DNA from: Lytechinus pictus
Taxonomy: Eukaryota
DNA length: 64,000 nucleotides
Reading direction: 5' to 3'
Assembly (NCBI RefSeq): GCF_037042905.1
Contig: NC_087252.1
Location: forward strand, 23,252,001 to 23,316,000
In this document: one piece after another, positions 1 through 12,750 of the stretch
How the letters are laid out: the number at the start of each line of letters is the position of its first letter
How positions within the stretch are numbered: the stretch's first letter is position 1
Translations under genes and position numbers: made by a program
The notes under the pieces: generated by a model
Told to the model about the DNA's origin: nothing
Seen by the model: only the letters and a program-made list of their open reading frames with translations
Database searches by the model: none

Positions 1-234
1 ATGACCTTTGACCTTGGCCATGTGACATGAAACTCAGGCAGGATGTTCAGTAATACTTGATTAACCTTATGGCCAAGTTTCATGAACTAGGTCCATATAC
101 TTTCTAAGTTATGCTGTCATTTCAAAAACTTAACCTCAGGTTAAGATTTGGTGTTGACGCCGCTGCCGCCGCCGCCGCCGCCGTCGGAAAAGCGGCGCCT
201 ATAGTCTCACTCTGCTATGCAGGTGAGACAAAAA
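1..234. mobile_element. Partial interspersed repeat, Helentron/DINE-like non-autonomous element end
   Basis: tgacctttgacct core repeats, a (GCC)n microsatellite and the terminal hairpin gtctcac...gtgagac followed by an A-run. Confidence 0.5.
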
Positions 235-286
235 CAAGAGAAATACCAAACAAGTATAACACTGAAATTTTCATGATTTTCATTAC

Positions 287-468
287 CTTGATCAGGTGCT
301 CAAGCATTCAAGGAATTCCTTCCTAATGGGTACAAATTACTACACCTGGGTGAAGAGTGGCAAATGTAGATAAACGCCTTGCCAAAGGACGCGTGGGCTA
401 CAGTGGGATTTGAACCCCAGACCTTGTGGTTCAAAGTCCGGAGACTTATCCACTGAGCCACAATACCT
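287..468 (-). mobile_element. tRNA-derived SINE
   Basis: Minus strand has an A box (tggctcagtgg), a B box (ggttcaaatccc) and a ggcaagg...cacccaggtgt body. Confidence 0.75.
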
Positions 469-808
469 CTACATATGTGTCAAACCATTGTGCAGAAAAT
501 ATATACATGTAATTGCAGAGTAATGAACAAATTAAGATCAGAAAAATTACTGAAAAAGGCCTATCCATTTAAAGAGTGGTCTCATCTTTTTTTTTTGGTG
601 TGTTAGCTACATGAGCAAAAGCACATGGTAATGATATTATCACAATTTTAAGTAACCCTTGATTACTTCAATTAAATCTTGTTGTTTCAAATAAGCATTC
701 TGGCATATAATACACACTTTATGATTGTTTCACACCAATCCCCAACAAAATTAGATTTCTATGGTAAGAAAAAAAATCACAGTGAAAACTACTTGTTTTT
801 CCACTTAC

Positions 809-922
809 CACATAATTGCTCATCTTCTCCCATTCGACATTGATCAAAGTAGTCGCATCGCAAGGTTTCATGGACGCAGGTACCGTCAGTGCAGCGGAAA
901 AACCCATCAGGGCAAGGATCCC
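809..922 (-). CDS. LDL-receptor class A repeat 2 (GDPCPDGFFRCTDGTCVHETLRCDYFDQCRMGEDEQLC); gene continues beyond window start
   Basis: aaccag| acceptor and |gtaagt donor; 114 bp, phase 1-1; six-Cys LDLa pattern. Confidence 0.92.
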
Positions 923-1451
923 CTGGTTTTCAAAATACAAGGAATATGAAATATGATCATCATCATCATAACAAGAATAATCATAATGATAATAATAGTA
1001 CCGATAATAGTAATGATAATAATAATAATAATAAAACAATAATGAATTATAGAGACATCTGGTTTATGCCAGTTTTTCTCTTACTGTCTCATTTTGTGAA
1101 TCAATGCTTAGGCCTATACATCGGGATGTGATCAAAGAAAAGATGTTGGAAATTCATTGATATAACAATTAACAGGAAGACTTCCATCAGTTAATAAGTA
1201 GGGGATCCATGTGGGTTCGACAAAATACCATTTGGGGCCCATTTTGTTTGTTTACAATTGTGGGGGCCTGGCTAAAATATTTAGTCCAATCTGACTGGAT
1301 CAACAACTGAGATGAATACATACACGTACAGGCGTAAATGTAATGAAATATATTATATTTTTCAATGCTACAAAGAGTGATTTGTGCCAGATAATGAAAA
1401 CATTATTACAATTGTTATTCAATCAAAACCATGCATAATAATGATAAGATT

Positions 1452-1990
1452 CCATGGCCAAGTGGTCTAAAGGCCACCGCACACCTTACGACTGTTCGCG
1501 ATCCAATTTTGGAACAAATCGCATTTTGCTCATTTTCTGAAAATGTGAATGGAACATATCATTTTATTTGAGATTAAAATTAATTGAAAGAATACTTTTA
1601 CAACTATTTTGAAAGATTGCAAGCCTTTATTTTGGAGTAAAGGCCAAATTAGTTTCAAATCGTAGCCAATCGTACGACTGCTATGACTTCATTACGACTA
1701 GATATTAAATTTGCTTTTATTCTAAGAAGGATGATAGCATATAGTCAAAAATTTGAACATAGGTATTCGTACAATGATTTCAGACATTACATAGTATGAT
1801 ATTCCAAGTCTCAATATTAGCATCAAATTCTACTACGTTTTATTCCAAAATTTAGTCGCAGACCAATCGCAAGGTGTGCGGTCGCCTTAAGGCGCCTGAC
1901 TGTACATGGAAAGTCCAGGGTTCGATCCTCGGCCACGGCAATTATGCCCGTGAGCAAGGCATTTAATCGACAGTGCTCTTTTATCCTGCA
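1452..1990 (+). mobile_element. tRNA-derived SINE interrupted by a MITE
   Basis: tggccaagtggtc-TAA-ggcgcctgact...gggttcgatcct reconstitutes a tRNA head once 1471-1890 is removed. Confidence 0.7.
1471..1887. mobile_element. PIF/Harbinger-like MITE
   Basis: Imperfect TIRs of about 50 bp (aggccaccgcacacctt / aaggtgtgcggtcgcct); TAA TSD at 1468-1470 and 1888-1890. Confidence 0.8.
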
Positions 1991-3641
1991 TTCTAATAAA
2001 TGAAAATGCTATATGAATTCTTGGTAAGGAGGAGTGCACTTTCTTTTTAACCCTTTCCACGCGTACTTGGCACCAATGAACACTCGGTGCCGTGCGAACT
2101 TCGCATTTCACACTCAACAAACAATGCATTGTTTCCCTCCCTGAAAATAATTCAGTACAGATGGGTTCATGGTCCAGCGCACAAAGAGTTAAATAATGTT
2201 AAGATAATGCTTATTTGGCTTATAGTTTAATAGCAATTATTGTCCTATAAATTATCATTAAACATATATGCAGAGCCAAATAGTGTATAGTTATGAATGA
2301 ACATTGAACCTGTGAGACGAACCTGGAGTGATGCTCTCTGGGATACTTATGCCATCGACTGTTACTGGAACACGTACTGTAGAGAAAAAAGAAATCACTG
2401 TCCACTTTACGATATGTTTTATGTACACATGATATTTCAGTATTGGAAAGGCATGCCAGGTGCTTATATCACATTTTATTTAACTAATTCTTTTAATACA
2501 TGCTTAAGATCAAAGATTAAGTATAAAATGCAGTCATTGAACATTTATAAGGTAGGCTTGTTGCATAAAACTGAGCTTATTTTAATGGGGACTTGGTCAT
2601 AATAAGTATATCCACATAATTTATCACGATAAAATGTCTGTACAACAAATCAAAATGATAAAACTGTACCTTTTCAGACAGTAAAATTCTGTAAAATCTA
2701 GATGGCTATACAATTAGTAATCACATTATATGTACAGGGTGGAGAATATTATGGTCAGCCGGGTTGCAAGATACATATAATTGTATATTTCACATGCCTT
2801 AAATCATTTCTCCAAAAATGGAGAGACTCTCCTTGTTTTTACATTGAATGATGATAATAACATCGCTTAAAAACCTTAGGAGGAATCATATTATTCAAAT
2901 GTGTACTAGTTGATTGAATCTAAAATAAATCCTGAGAGCTTCTACGAATAACAAAACAAGGTTTGAAGTTTGGGGTTCACTCATCAGGCATGAGATTTGC
3001 ACACTGTACTATTTTGGGTATTTACAGAGAATCTTCCCAATGACTTTAGTTACTTGATGGTTGGCTGGTCACAATCACTACATGTTATAAAAGAAACCAC
3101 TCACTCTATCTTTTAGGGGACCATCAAAATGTCAAGCTCTGTTTTCCATTTGCAGGTTTTTACTAGTTTACAGACAAACCCAAATCCTTACATGTATTGT
3201 GTTTAATGCTTCGTGTACTGCCCTAGAGCAGTGAAAATTTGACATGTGATCATATTTTCAGCTGAAACTTTCTTATAAATTGGAATCATTTTATTGGAAT
3301 ATTTGCTGTAAATATCAGTGGTAAATAGAGTGTATAAAATATATTCTTAATAATCTTGTAGTACCATACTGACTGGGCAGGTTTTTGTTTGGAAAGGGCA
3401 ATTTAAAATATTGAGTCTGCTATCAATTCTACAAATTCGATATTGGATTGACAAAAAACTTTGAAAACAAACACACACATATATACACACCTACACACAC
3501 CTTTCTGATTTCTAACGCCCATTCCATCAATTCTGAATTCAGAATACCATAAAAACGCATTATGCTATGACTTTAGTTAGTTGTTGGTTGGCTGGTCACA
3601 ATCACTTCAAAGTAAGAAGTGAATAAAAGATGACAAATTAC

Positions 3642-3853
3642 CATCTGTGATATCAACTTGAGCATCTGATGAACCAAGCTGAGCATTATTAGAGAGTGAT
3701 GTCATAACGGCGTCGTTGATGGCGCTAGATACCAGATTCGCTACGGCCAGCTGAACTTCGAAGGCTGACATGGTGTTTGTATATTCCTCAGATAGAGACA
3801 TCCCAAACGCTGCTGAGACCCCAATGTCTGCATCCACAACGACACTCCCAGGG
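3642..3853 (-). CDS. SEA domain 2, exon c (SPGSVVVDADIGVS...AQVDITD)
   Basis: gtgttag| acceptor and |gtaatt donor; 212 bp, phase 2 to 1. Contains GSVVV. Confidence 0.88.
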
Positions 3854-3910
3854 CTAACACGAAATAAAGGTTAGTTAGAGAAAAATGACTTGGTATATAG
3901 TTCATGATAT

Positions 3911-4345
3911 AAAACAAGTGGAACGCCTCTGGAAGTCTCACCTGAATTATGCAATACCATATATAGCAGCAGTGCTGACTTTGAAAACAGCTATTGTATA
4001 ATTATTCCGGAAGAAAACATTCATATGATAATAAAATACTATGTCCATTGACCCAAACTGACATTTGACCATGATCATGTGACCTAAGACGTGTGCAAAA
4101 CAATCATTCATACTTGATTACCCTTTAATATGTATATGTTCATGAACTACATCCATAAACTTTCTAAGTTAGGATGCCAATTCAACAAGAATCCCTTACA
4201 AGGCCAAAGTTCATTGACCTTGAATGACCTTTGATCTTGGTCATGTTCCTGAAATGTGCACAGGATATTCAGGGATACATGGTTGCTTTGATGTCCAAGT
4301 TTCAAGAACTAGATCCATAAACTTCTGCATGTGTTCCATAAATAC
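3911..4345. mobile_element. Other end of the same repeat family as 1-234
   Basis: Begins aacaagtggaacgcctctggaagtctcacctg; gtctcacctg is the inverse of caggtgagac at 220-229. Shares the tgacct and catgaacta...tccat core units. Confidence 0.5.
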
Positions 4346-4384
4346 CTCAGCTTTTGCTAACTTTTTCAAAATGTGTGCATTAAA

Positions 4385-4562
4385 TAAACCCCTCAAAAAA
4401 AGTTTGGAAATATGAGTTTAGCCATTAATTCCTCCCAATTTTACACAATGTATATTTGATATCATTCGAAATATCATTTAATTTTCTTAAAAGGATATTT
4501 ACTAAAACCGAGGAGAGATTATCGATCAAAGTCAGATTTCCAAACTTTTTTTGAGGAGTTTA
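4385..4562. mobile_element. Tc1/mariner-like MITE, short deleted copy
   Basis: TIRs taaacccctcaaaaaaagtttggaaat / atttccaaactttttttgaggagttta; same family as 9574-10515. Confidence 0.7.
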
Positions 4563-4901
4563 TAAAAAATAACTGTGAATATATGTGCTTTGTATTGTTG
4601 ATTTCGATTGTATATTCATCACAAATTTTTAAAAATGCGTCGTGTGCAGACAAACGACCCATCCAGAGATACAACAACCAAGTGCAAGCCCAGCCCCGTC
4701 AGACCAAAAAGACACTGCTGCTACCCTGTTCGGCGATCAACAATTAAAGGGATAGAGCAGCGTCGATCCAGTACTGCACAGTGCCTGGGCCCATGATCAA
4801 TTGGGCAAAGTTAATTTTTTGAGTATTTCTATTTCAGATCTCTATTTCAAACAATAAAATATGGATTTTTATTCAAATTGATAAAAAGGGATAGGAATTA
4901 C

Positions 4902-4972
4902 CTTAGGCCCGTCACAGTCACACCAGTAATGTAACCCATGAGCTGGACATTACTCTGTAACCCAATCATCAT
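4902..4972 (-). CDS. SEA domain 2, exon b (MMIGLQSNVQLMGYITGVTVTGL)
   Basis: ttccag| acceptor and |gtaatt donor; 71 bp, phase 0 to 2. Confidence 0.85.
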
Positions 4973-5504
4973 CTGGAAAAGGGAACAAATTCAAGATAAT
5001 GAATTAATTATTTTGAAAAGTTTGATTAATAAAATCAAGTAGAAGTAAATGATTCATAAGGTAGTTAGAATTCATGGATATATGTCACTAGCAACAATAA
5101 ATCGGCTCACTAAACAACATAAAAATAGGAATATAATCATTTTTCTCAGGTCTCAAATATTAGGCTGCTGCTAAAAAAGTCAGACAACTACTGTTATAAA
5201 AATTGAAAAATGTCAAAATAATGGAACCAATGAAAGACCTGAATTGCTATAAAAAATGTCTGTGAGTATATCACAAAACATTTTATCTTTTAGATTCTCT
5301 GATAAAATTAGCAATCATGACTGTTACAAGTCATGTTTATCTATGCCAGTGACCCAAATATTTTGTCTTGGTCATGAATCTTTTCCTTTTGTCCAGAGTT
5401 ATGCAGTGCAGTTGGCTATTAGCACTTTTTCATTTGTGTGTTTCATACCTTGCATAACTCGGTGTTAGGCAGCCTTAGAAAGACTATCTTGCAAGTTCTA
5501 AATC

Positions 5505-5667
5505 CAGGGGGGCGTTTCATGAAAGGACTTGTCGGACGTTTTATCCGACAAGTCCCATTTTATCCGACAGTTACCATAGTAACAATACATCTCAGCCAAT
5601 CAACATCAGAGAAAGATGTCAGATCTGACAACTTGTCGGTTGAAAATATTGATGAAACGCTCCCCTG
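5505..5667. mobile_element. MITE (second, inverted copy at ~53180-53359)
   Basis: TIRs caggggggcgtttcat / atgaaacgctcccctg; the body matches the reverse complement of 53195-53340. Confidence 0.7.
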
Positions 5668-7924
5668 ATCCCTATTCAATGCTAGGATGGTTCAGATAGT
5701 TTTCTTGCAAGGTTTTTGTTATTAGCAGGTGAATGCAATATTTAAGTAGCTTGGCTTTAGATTGGAACTCTTATATGGGAGGAACCCTTGTTAGAATTGA
5801 TAGTTGTCACTTGAAGCTTAGGAATCGGAGAGGCAAGACCTCCGAGTTCTCTCTAAGAGCAGCAGCTCCTCTGCTAGGGTTTGGTAGCATGAGCTGTGCC
5901 GATAGGGTCGGGCGACGACAGCATGTTTAGGCTGTACATCTAGAAACAAGACGTGGTAGTTTCTTATATTTTTCTAGCTATGTTGCACCACATTTGTCTG
6001 TACTGGACATGGGCTGCTCCAGTCTTCCAAGCTTTATTGTCACCAATTAAACTGTAAGTGAATTTGAATTGTTACTTCTTTATAACAGTTTTATTAGGCA
6101 AATTGTTGAGAGATATTTATGAAGAAAGAAATCAAGTTTTTGGCTACATTGCAATCATTTAAATCATTAATGATTGATTTGAATTTGTAGTATTACATAT
6201 GTATGCTTTCCATTAAGTGGATTAAAGAGATTATAGATATCTAAAAGGTCATTTGATTTGAAGCTGAGGTATATTATTACAAACATTTTAAAGAATATAT
6301 TCTTGTAAGTTTGATTATTATCCTTAATTGTCAAAGATATTAACTGTTCTTTTCCAAAGTGAATGTTGCTTAGTATTAACTTTTGCTTGTCATGATGTAA
6401 CTAGAAATCAGAAATTGTTTTATCATGATTATGGAAATAGCATGAGGCTGATTATTCTTGATTGTTCTTGTGAAATATAATATATTTGTAGTATAAAGGT
6501 GAAGCTTATGTTTTGTTAGGGATAGGTAGTTTAATGCCTTGGTATTTTATTATCTGTAGATGGCGTTGACGTTGATGTCGACAGTTTTAAGGACGACATT
6601 TTGTCCATTGCGTGAAGGTGTTTCTCAAGCATAGAGGTGTAAACTCGATGTAAACTACAGTATGATGTAAAGTCTACACGAGTCAAGATGAGTCGGTCAA
6701 GGCGAACGTCGAAGGACTTCGGCCATGGTAGACGGTCAACGAGTTGATTCCAATATTCCCAAGAAGTTCTTCAGATCAGGTTCCATATTTCAAAGAAATG
6801 AAGATATAGAAATAAAAGGACTTTTGGACTTTAAGCAGTAACAACTTAAACTGTTTGGTTATATTTAGATATATTGATCATTTATATAATTAATTGATCA
6901 GGAATAGTTAATGGTTGCATTACTGGATTGTATTGCAAGGTATGATCTCCGTTGAATTTGATATTGTTTTATATTGAATACTTTTCCATATTTTATGTTT
7001 TCGAAGTAACGTAATTGTTGTTCCAAGGAACAGTTGAACTTGAAGATTGAAATTTAATTTAATTTCCTTAAAACATTGTCTCCATTGTTACTTTGTCTGA
7101 GTTCTGTATTTAAGAAGTTGCCACTGGACCATGAAGTCATCACACCCTCCCCATGGCTGTGACAATGACTGTGCATTAATGCAGATAAAAAAATACGTTC
7201 ATGGTAACTCCTGTAGAAACTCAACAGGACAGCTACCAAGCTGGTGTATATAACCAATCACATACCAAAAAAAATTATGTATAAGTTTATCAGGCATAGT
7301 AGCTGACTTTATAGACGACAGATACCACTAGTCACTACTGGGTCTTTTTATCAAAGTGGAGCTAATGGCATAGTGGGGATTTGAACTCACAACCTTGCGA
7401 TTATGAGTCCAGTGCTCTAACCACTAGACCACACCATATCAATTATCATATCTTACTTTGTTCATGAAACCTGATCATGCAAGAAATGACACACTGACTG
7501 TGTCTTAATTGATGTTTGGCCTATCTACATCCCCCCCCAAAAAAAAAAAATCAAAAAAATCATGGGTTGAATTTCACAAACTGAATGTGGATTTGATTCA
7601 TCATTCTACAACAGAATCCTTGAGGACCATGTTTCACAAAACTAAAAACCCCTGATTGAAAGCTAATAACAGACTTGGACCAATTCAGGATTAGGCAACG
7701 AAGCAACTACATGGCTTATCAGGGTTGTACACCCTCCCCTTTCCTCTCCACAGAAAAAAACATTAAGAACCAAAAATAAAAAGTCAGCATGATAAGATAA
7801 TTTGAACAACAATGAAAGATCTACGGATAATTGAGCAATCAACACATAATCCTTTGTTGAGAGTCAGTATTAAGAATATAAAACATAGCATGCTTTAATA
7901 GTGCTCCCAGCTTACACCAAGCCA

Positions 7925-7985
7925 TACTTGATACTTGATGTAGTAATCCTTTTGGCAGCTCATACAGAAGCTATACTGGGATCCT
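7925..7985 (-). mobile_element. Short 3' tail of the same LINE family as 35565-36030
   Basis: tacttgatacttgat-g-agtaatcc-tttggcagctcatacag is shared with 35565-35618. Confidence 0.55.
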
Positions 7986-8031
7986 CCTCATGGTCATTGG
8001 TCACATATAAAACAAATCATAATAACATTAC

Positions 8032-8144
8032 CTCAGTTTCTACTGTGCCAGTGAAAGACATGTATTCAGAAGATGAAGGATCATTATATTCGGAAATGAA
8101 ATCAACTCCCTCCAAGGTGGCGGCAACTTTGACATTCACATCCC
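8032..8144 (-). CDS. SEA domain 2, exon a (GDVNVKVAATLEGVDFISEYNDPSSSEYMSFTGTVETE)
   Basis: ttttag| acceptor and |gtaatg donor; 113 bp, phase 1 to 0. Missed by the ORF track. Confidence 0.88.
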
Positions 8145-8282
8145 CTAAAATTGAAAAATACAACAGAAAATATATTATTGTGTAAATTGTAAATCCCTGC
8201 CCCGAAAAAATAGTAATAATAACATAGTTTTTTTTTTTATAAGCAAATATCCACCTTATTAGGTGCTCGAGGTGCTCCTTTA

Positions 8283-8465
8283 TAACCCCGGTTAAGCTAT
8301 TCTACCGATTGCAGTGCTCACAGCACCATTTAGGTCACCTGGGTTCAGTTTAGAGCATTGTGGATCAATTTCTGGCTGAAGGAAATTACGCCATGGCTGG
8401 GATCAGAACACATGACACTCTATTTCGAGGCCCGAAGACTAATCCACTGGACCACAACACTCCAC
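8283..8465 (-). mobile_element. tRNA-derived SINE (degraded)
   Basis: aaggaaattacgccatggctgggat...actaatccactggaccacaac is the reverse complement of the SINE at 23793. Confidence 0.65.
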
Positions 8466-8754
8466 ATGACACTGAATTGTGCTCCAACGTATGACATAGT
8501 GCCAAGAAAATGACACTAATACTAACACAGCATGTTCAGTATAATGTGAATGACACCAGAAATAAAGGCACTTCTTTTGTTTGTTTGTTTTTCACCATTT
8601 GGTGACAAATAATAACCGACTATACGGTCACCATTAAATTGGCAATAAGATAGCAAGGCACACTAGCTATGTGGCAATTTGACAAAGCAATGAGACAAAC
8701 TGGAGAAATTTGTATGAGGGTATGCTGTAAAACTAAGGTATTCTGAATAGTTGG

Positions 8755-9330
8755 TGTTTTATTGTTTTATTTATGTATTTATTTATTTTCCACTCGTGGG
8801 CTGGATGGCCCTCTTCAGCCACAGGCTGTTCTACTGAGGGGTCCAGTGGACACGTTTAAAAAATACAAACATACAATATACAAACAAATACATATATAAA
8901 AGAAGACATAAATCAATCCTATACAAGGTAAGAAACGACTACAAATTACAACTTATACAAATGTTAAAAAGAAAAGAAAGAAAAAAAAAGTGGGATGGGG
9001 GATGGTGGGGGGGGGTTGAAGTATTAAATACACTGAGAGTTTGAACACAACACCACATACAGTTGAAATGACAAACGGTATGCCTATTTATCAAAACATC
9101 ACCAATGGGTGTTGAAATAACACCATGAATCTGACACTGGTGAAAAGTGCTTGGTGTCTTCCTCTCAAAGCAAAACTGTTGAGTAGTTTAACACCACTTG
9201 TTGCAGTATATGGCAGGTTTATACACCGAATAGGTATTAGACAAAGTGGGATGAGAGTAAGTGGTGCTTCAGTACACAGGGCCTTATATCGTAGAGCTTG
9301 GCGATTGGTCATGGAGATCATGTTTATAAT
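8755..9330 (-). mobile_element. Possible degraded LINE 3' end
   Basis: (TTTA)n tail followed by a GC-rich terminal segment. The coding remnant is not convincing. Confidence 0.3.
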
Positions 9331-9393
9331 TGATCATAATCATGGAATTCAGCCTCATGATCAACTGCCATGCTATATGTGACATTAACTTAC

Positions 9394-9432
9394 CAACGAC
9401 CACTCCAGGAATCACTGTTGGAGCCATGGTAA
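9394..9432 (-). CDS. Microexon (VTMAPTVIPGVVV), module 2
   Basis: tactag| acceptor and |gtaagt donor; 39 bp, phase 1-1. Paralog of 25892-25921. Confidence 0.85.
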
Positions 9433-9573
9433 CTAGTAGAAAACAAGTAAAAGAATAATAATAACTTTGTGAAAATGAAAGTGGAACTCCGCCTAATTTT
9501 GGCACTCATTAATAATTTTGACGAGATCATTTACATTTTCTACCACATCACTTTTTATTTTCTTTAAAATATA

Positions 9574-10515
9574 TAAACCCCTCAAAAAAAGTTTTGAAAT
9601 CTGAGTTTGACCATTAATTTCTCCCAACTCCCAATTTTACACAATGCATATTTTACATCATTCAAAAGATCATTTAATTCTCTTTAAAATTATACCATGC
9701 TTGTTATGATCATGCCATCACGAAAACAGCAGGATTCAACAAAAGTGTTGGATGAGGTCTGAATTGAAAAGCTGCAAAACGAGCAGAAATGGTCATGAAG
9801 GTTAATACAGAACATGATTCTTTAGTCTGTGTCAATAGAGATGAAATCCATTTAAATCAAGCCCCTGCTTCTGTAGTGATGGTTCTGTGAGAAAACATGG
9901 TTTGAAATACCCATGCGTGTTTGTTTGTTTGTTAGTTATGTTTTTGCTTGTGCAGAGGTGTGTTTGATTCCATGTTAATGTTGATGTTAAGGTGCATGAA
10001 AACAAAAGAAACCGCTGAGAAACTCACTCATCACCACTGAAAAAAGAACAGTGACTTTCAATATTGTGTCATTTTGCAACTTTTGAATTTTGACCTTGCC
10101 CCACATTTCAAGGCACTGCACCTCCATGTGAACCATAATCATATCATGTAGGGTATCATTTTAAAGGGAATTAAATGATCTATGCATTGCTATTAATTAC
10201 ACATTGATATTTACTAAAACCGATGAGGAATTATCGATCAAAGTAAAAAAAAAAAATCTGAGAAACTCACTCATCACCACGGAAAAAAGAACAGTGACTT
10301 TCACTATTGTCATTTTGCAACTTTTGAATGTTGACCTTGCCCCACATTTCAAGGCACTGCACCTCCATGTGAACCATAATAATATCATGTAGGGTATCAT
10401 TTTAAAGGGAATTAAATGCTCTATTCATTGCTATTAATTTCACATTGATATTTACTAAAACCGAGGAGAGATTATTGATCAAAGTCAGATTTCCAAACTT
10501 TTTTTGAGGAGTTTA
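9574..10515. mobile_element. Tc1/mariner-like non-autonomous element with an internal ~240-bp tandem duplication
   Basis: Same TIRs as 4385-4562, with TA on both flanks. 10016-10243 is repeated at 10258-10483. Confidence 0.75.
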
Positions 10516-10744
10516 TATATATTTTTGAAAAATGAAAAGAAGGAAAAATGGGTTTGGGTGAAGATACAGGCTGGAGGAGGATGAGTGTAATAATGAGTGA
10601 TAATATGAAATATATATAAAGCTTTGAAAAGGACTCGAAAAACAGTCATTGTCAAACCACTTTATGTAGGCCTTTCATATTAATGGACCTCTCTATCCAC
10701 TCTCAGTACCTGATAGTAAGAACACAGTTTCTCAGTCTAATAGA

Positions 10745-11520
10745 GTGTGTTCAGAGTGTGTTCAGGGTGTGTACGTTCACAGCATGTTCAGAGTGTTTGC
10801 AGTGTACATATATTCAGAATGTATTCAGTGTGTCCACAGTCTATTAACAGTGGGTGTGTTCAGTGTGTGTTCACAGTATGTTCAGAGTGTGATCACTGTG
10901 TCTAAAGTGTGTTCTCAGTCTATACACAGTAGATGTGTTCAGAATCAGTTTTTAACAGTGATCAATGTGTGCTCAGCGTGTTTACTTTGATTAATGTGTT
11001 CACAGTCTATACACAGTGGATATGTTCAGAATCATTTAACAGTGTGTTCAGTGTGTGCTAACTGTGTTTAGTGTGTTTCCAGTCTATACACAGTGGATGT
11101 GTTCGGAGTGTGTTCTGAATCATGTAACAGTGTGTTCAGTGTATGCTGAGAGAGTGTTTACTGTGTTTTGTGTGTTCACTGTATACACAGTGGATGTGTT
11201 CAGAATCATTTAACAGTGTGTTCAGTGTATACTCAGAGTGTGTTTACTGTGTGTTAAGTGTGTTCACAGTGTATACACAGTGGATGTGTTCAGAATCATT
11301 TAACAGTGTGTTCAGTGTATACTCAGAGTGTGTTTACTGTGTTCACAGTCTATACACAGTGGATATGTTCAGAGTGTGTCCAGAATCATTTAACAGGGTG
11401 TTCAGTATGTACTCACAGTGTGTTAAGTGTGTTCACAGTCTGTACACAGTGGATGTGTTCAGATTCATTTGACAGTGTGTTCACACTGTGGACATATTCT
11501 GTATATACTCTGAACACACT
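10745..11520. repeat. GT-rich minisatellite built from gtgtgttca subunits (about 60-80 bp higher-order unit)
   Basis: Recurrent cacagtctatacacagtggatgtgttcagaatcatttaacagtgtgttcagt. Confidence 0.85.
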
Positions 11521-11989
11521 GCGATACTGCAGTCTTGGAAAGTAGGCAATAAAGTATGATTTTGGAGTACCTTTAGAATCCAATGTCATGAATCGATTAC
11601 AAAAGAGCAATTACCTACTAATTGCTGCTGCCAGTGTGGTGCGATATCAGTTTTGTCGCCCTCTACGTTCGTGAGTGAATTAAGAGTCCCCGGGGACAAG
11701 CAGGAATCGGATCGGGAGATGGATAAAGGATGGGGGGAGGGGGCAGATGGGGGAGGGGGGATGGCCCCGTAGAGGGAGTACACGACTTGTCCAATGTGGT
11801 GGATGTAGTAGGAGAGAGTGAAGTAATGGCAGGTGATATAATAATCAGAGGACTTAAAAAGGGATGATATATATGAAGGGATCAAAGAGGGGGCGCGTGA
11901 TCGAGGACACGTGCAATGGTATATAATTATGTTGATGATGTTGTTTAATAGGAATGATATACGTTGATATCTATATATGGATACAGAAT

Positions 11990-12750
11990 ACTTGGATACT
12001 ATTATATTAAAACATGTATGGATATGAATACATGGATACGTGGATACTTGGATACTATTGGATACTTGGATACGTGGATACGTGGATACGCGGATACGTG
12101 GATACTTGGATACTATTGGATACTTGGATACTTGGATACGTGGATACGTGGATACTTGGATACTGTTGGATACTTGGATACGTGGATACGCGGATACGTG
12201 GATACGTGGATACTTGGATACTATTGGATACTTGGATACTTGGATACGTGGATATGTGGATACGCGGATACGTGGATACGCGGATACTATTGGATACTTG
12301 GATACGTGGATACGTGGATACGCGGATACGTGGATACGTGGATACTTGGATACTATTGGAGACTTGGATACTTGGATACTTGGATACGTGGATACGTGGA
12401 TACGCGGATACGTGGATACTTGGATACTGTTGGATACTTGGATACGTGGATACGCGGATACGTGGATACGTGGATACTTGGATACTATTGGATACTTGGA
12501 TACTTGGATACGTGGATACGCGGATACGTGGATACTTTGATACTATTGGATACTTGGATACTTGGATACGTGGATACGTGGATACGCGGATACATGGATA
12601 CGTGGATACTATTGGAGACTTGGATACTTGGATACGTGGATACGCGGATACGTGGATACGGGGATCTTAGATACCTTTGGTTACATGGATACTTGGATAC
12701 GCGGCTACGGGCACATGCCTACATGAAAACTTAGATACATAGATACTTGG
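11990..12750 (+). repeat. Tandem 8-11 bp repeat (TGGATACG / TGGATACT / TGGATACTAT)
   Basis: Directly visible; it generates the three overlapping repetitive ORFs. Confidence 0.92.

Noticed and set aside
3041..3606. ~40-bp direct repeat (tgactttagtta...gctggtcacaatcact) about 527 bp apart
   Set aside because: A short local intronic duplication with no further structure.
5463..7030. Possible solo LTR (TG start, AATAAA near 6810)
   Set aside because: I could not find matching TG...CA ends with a TSD, a PBS or a second LTR.
11964..12734. Three overlapping 166-256 aa ORFs (DTWIRGY repeats)
   Set aside because: Translation of an 8-11 bp tandem DNA repeat that lacks stops in all three frames; no evidence of coding.
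11990..12750. CRISPR-like or telomere-like array
   Set aside because: There are no unique spacers, the context is eukaryotic, and the unit is not TTAGGG.
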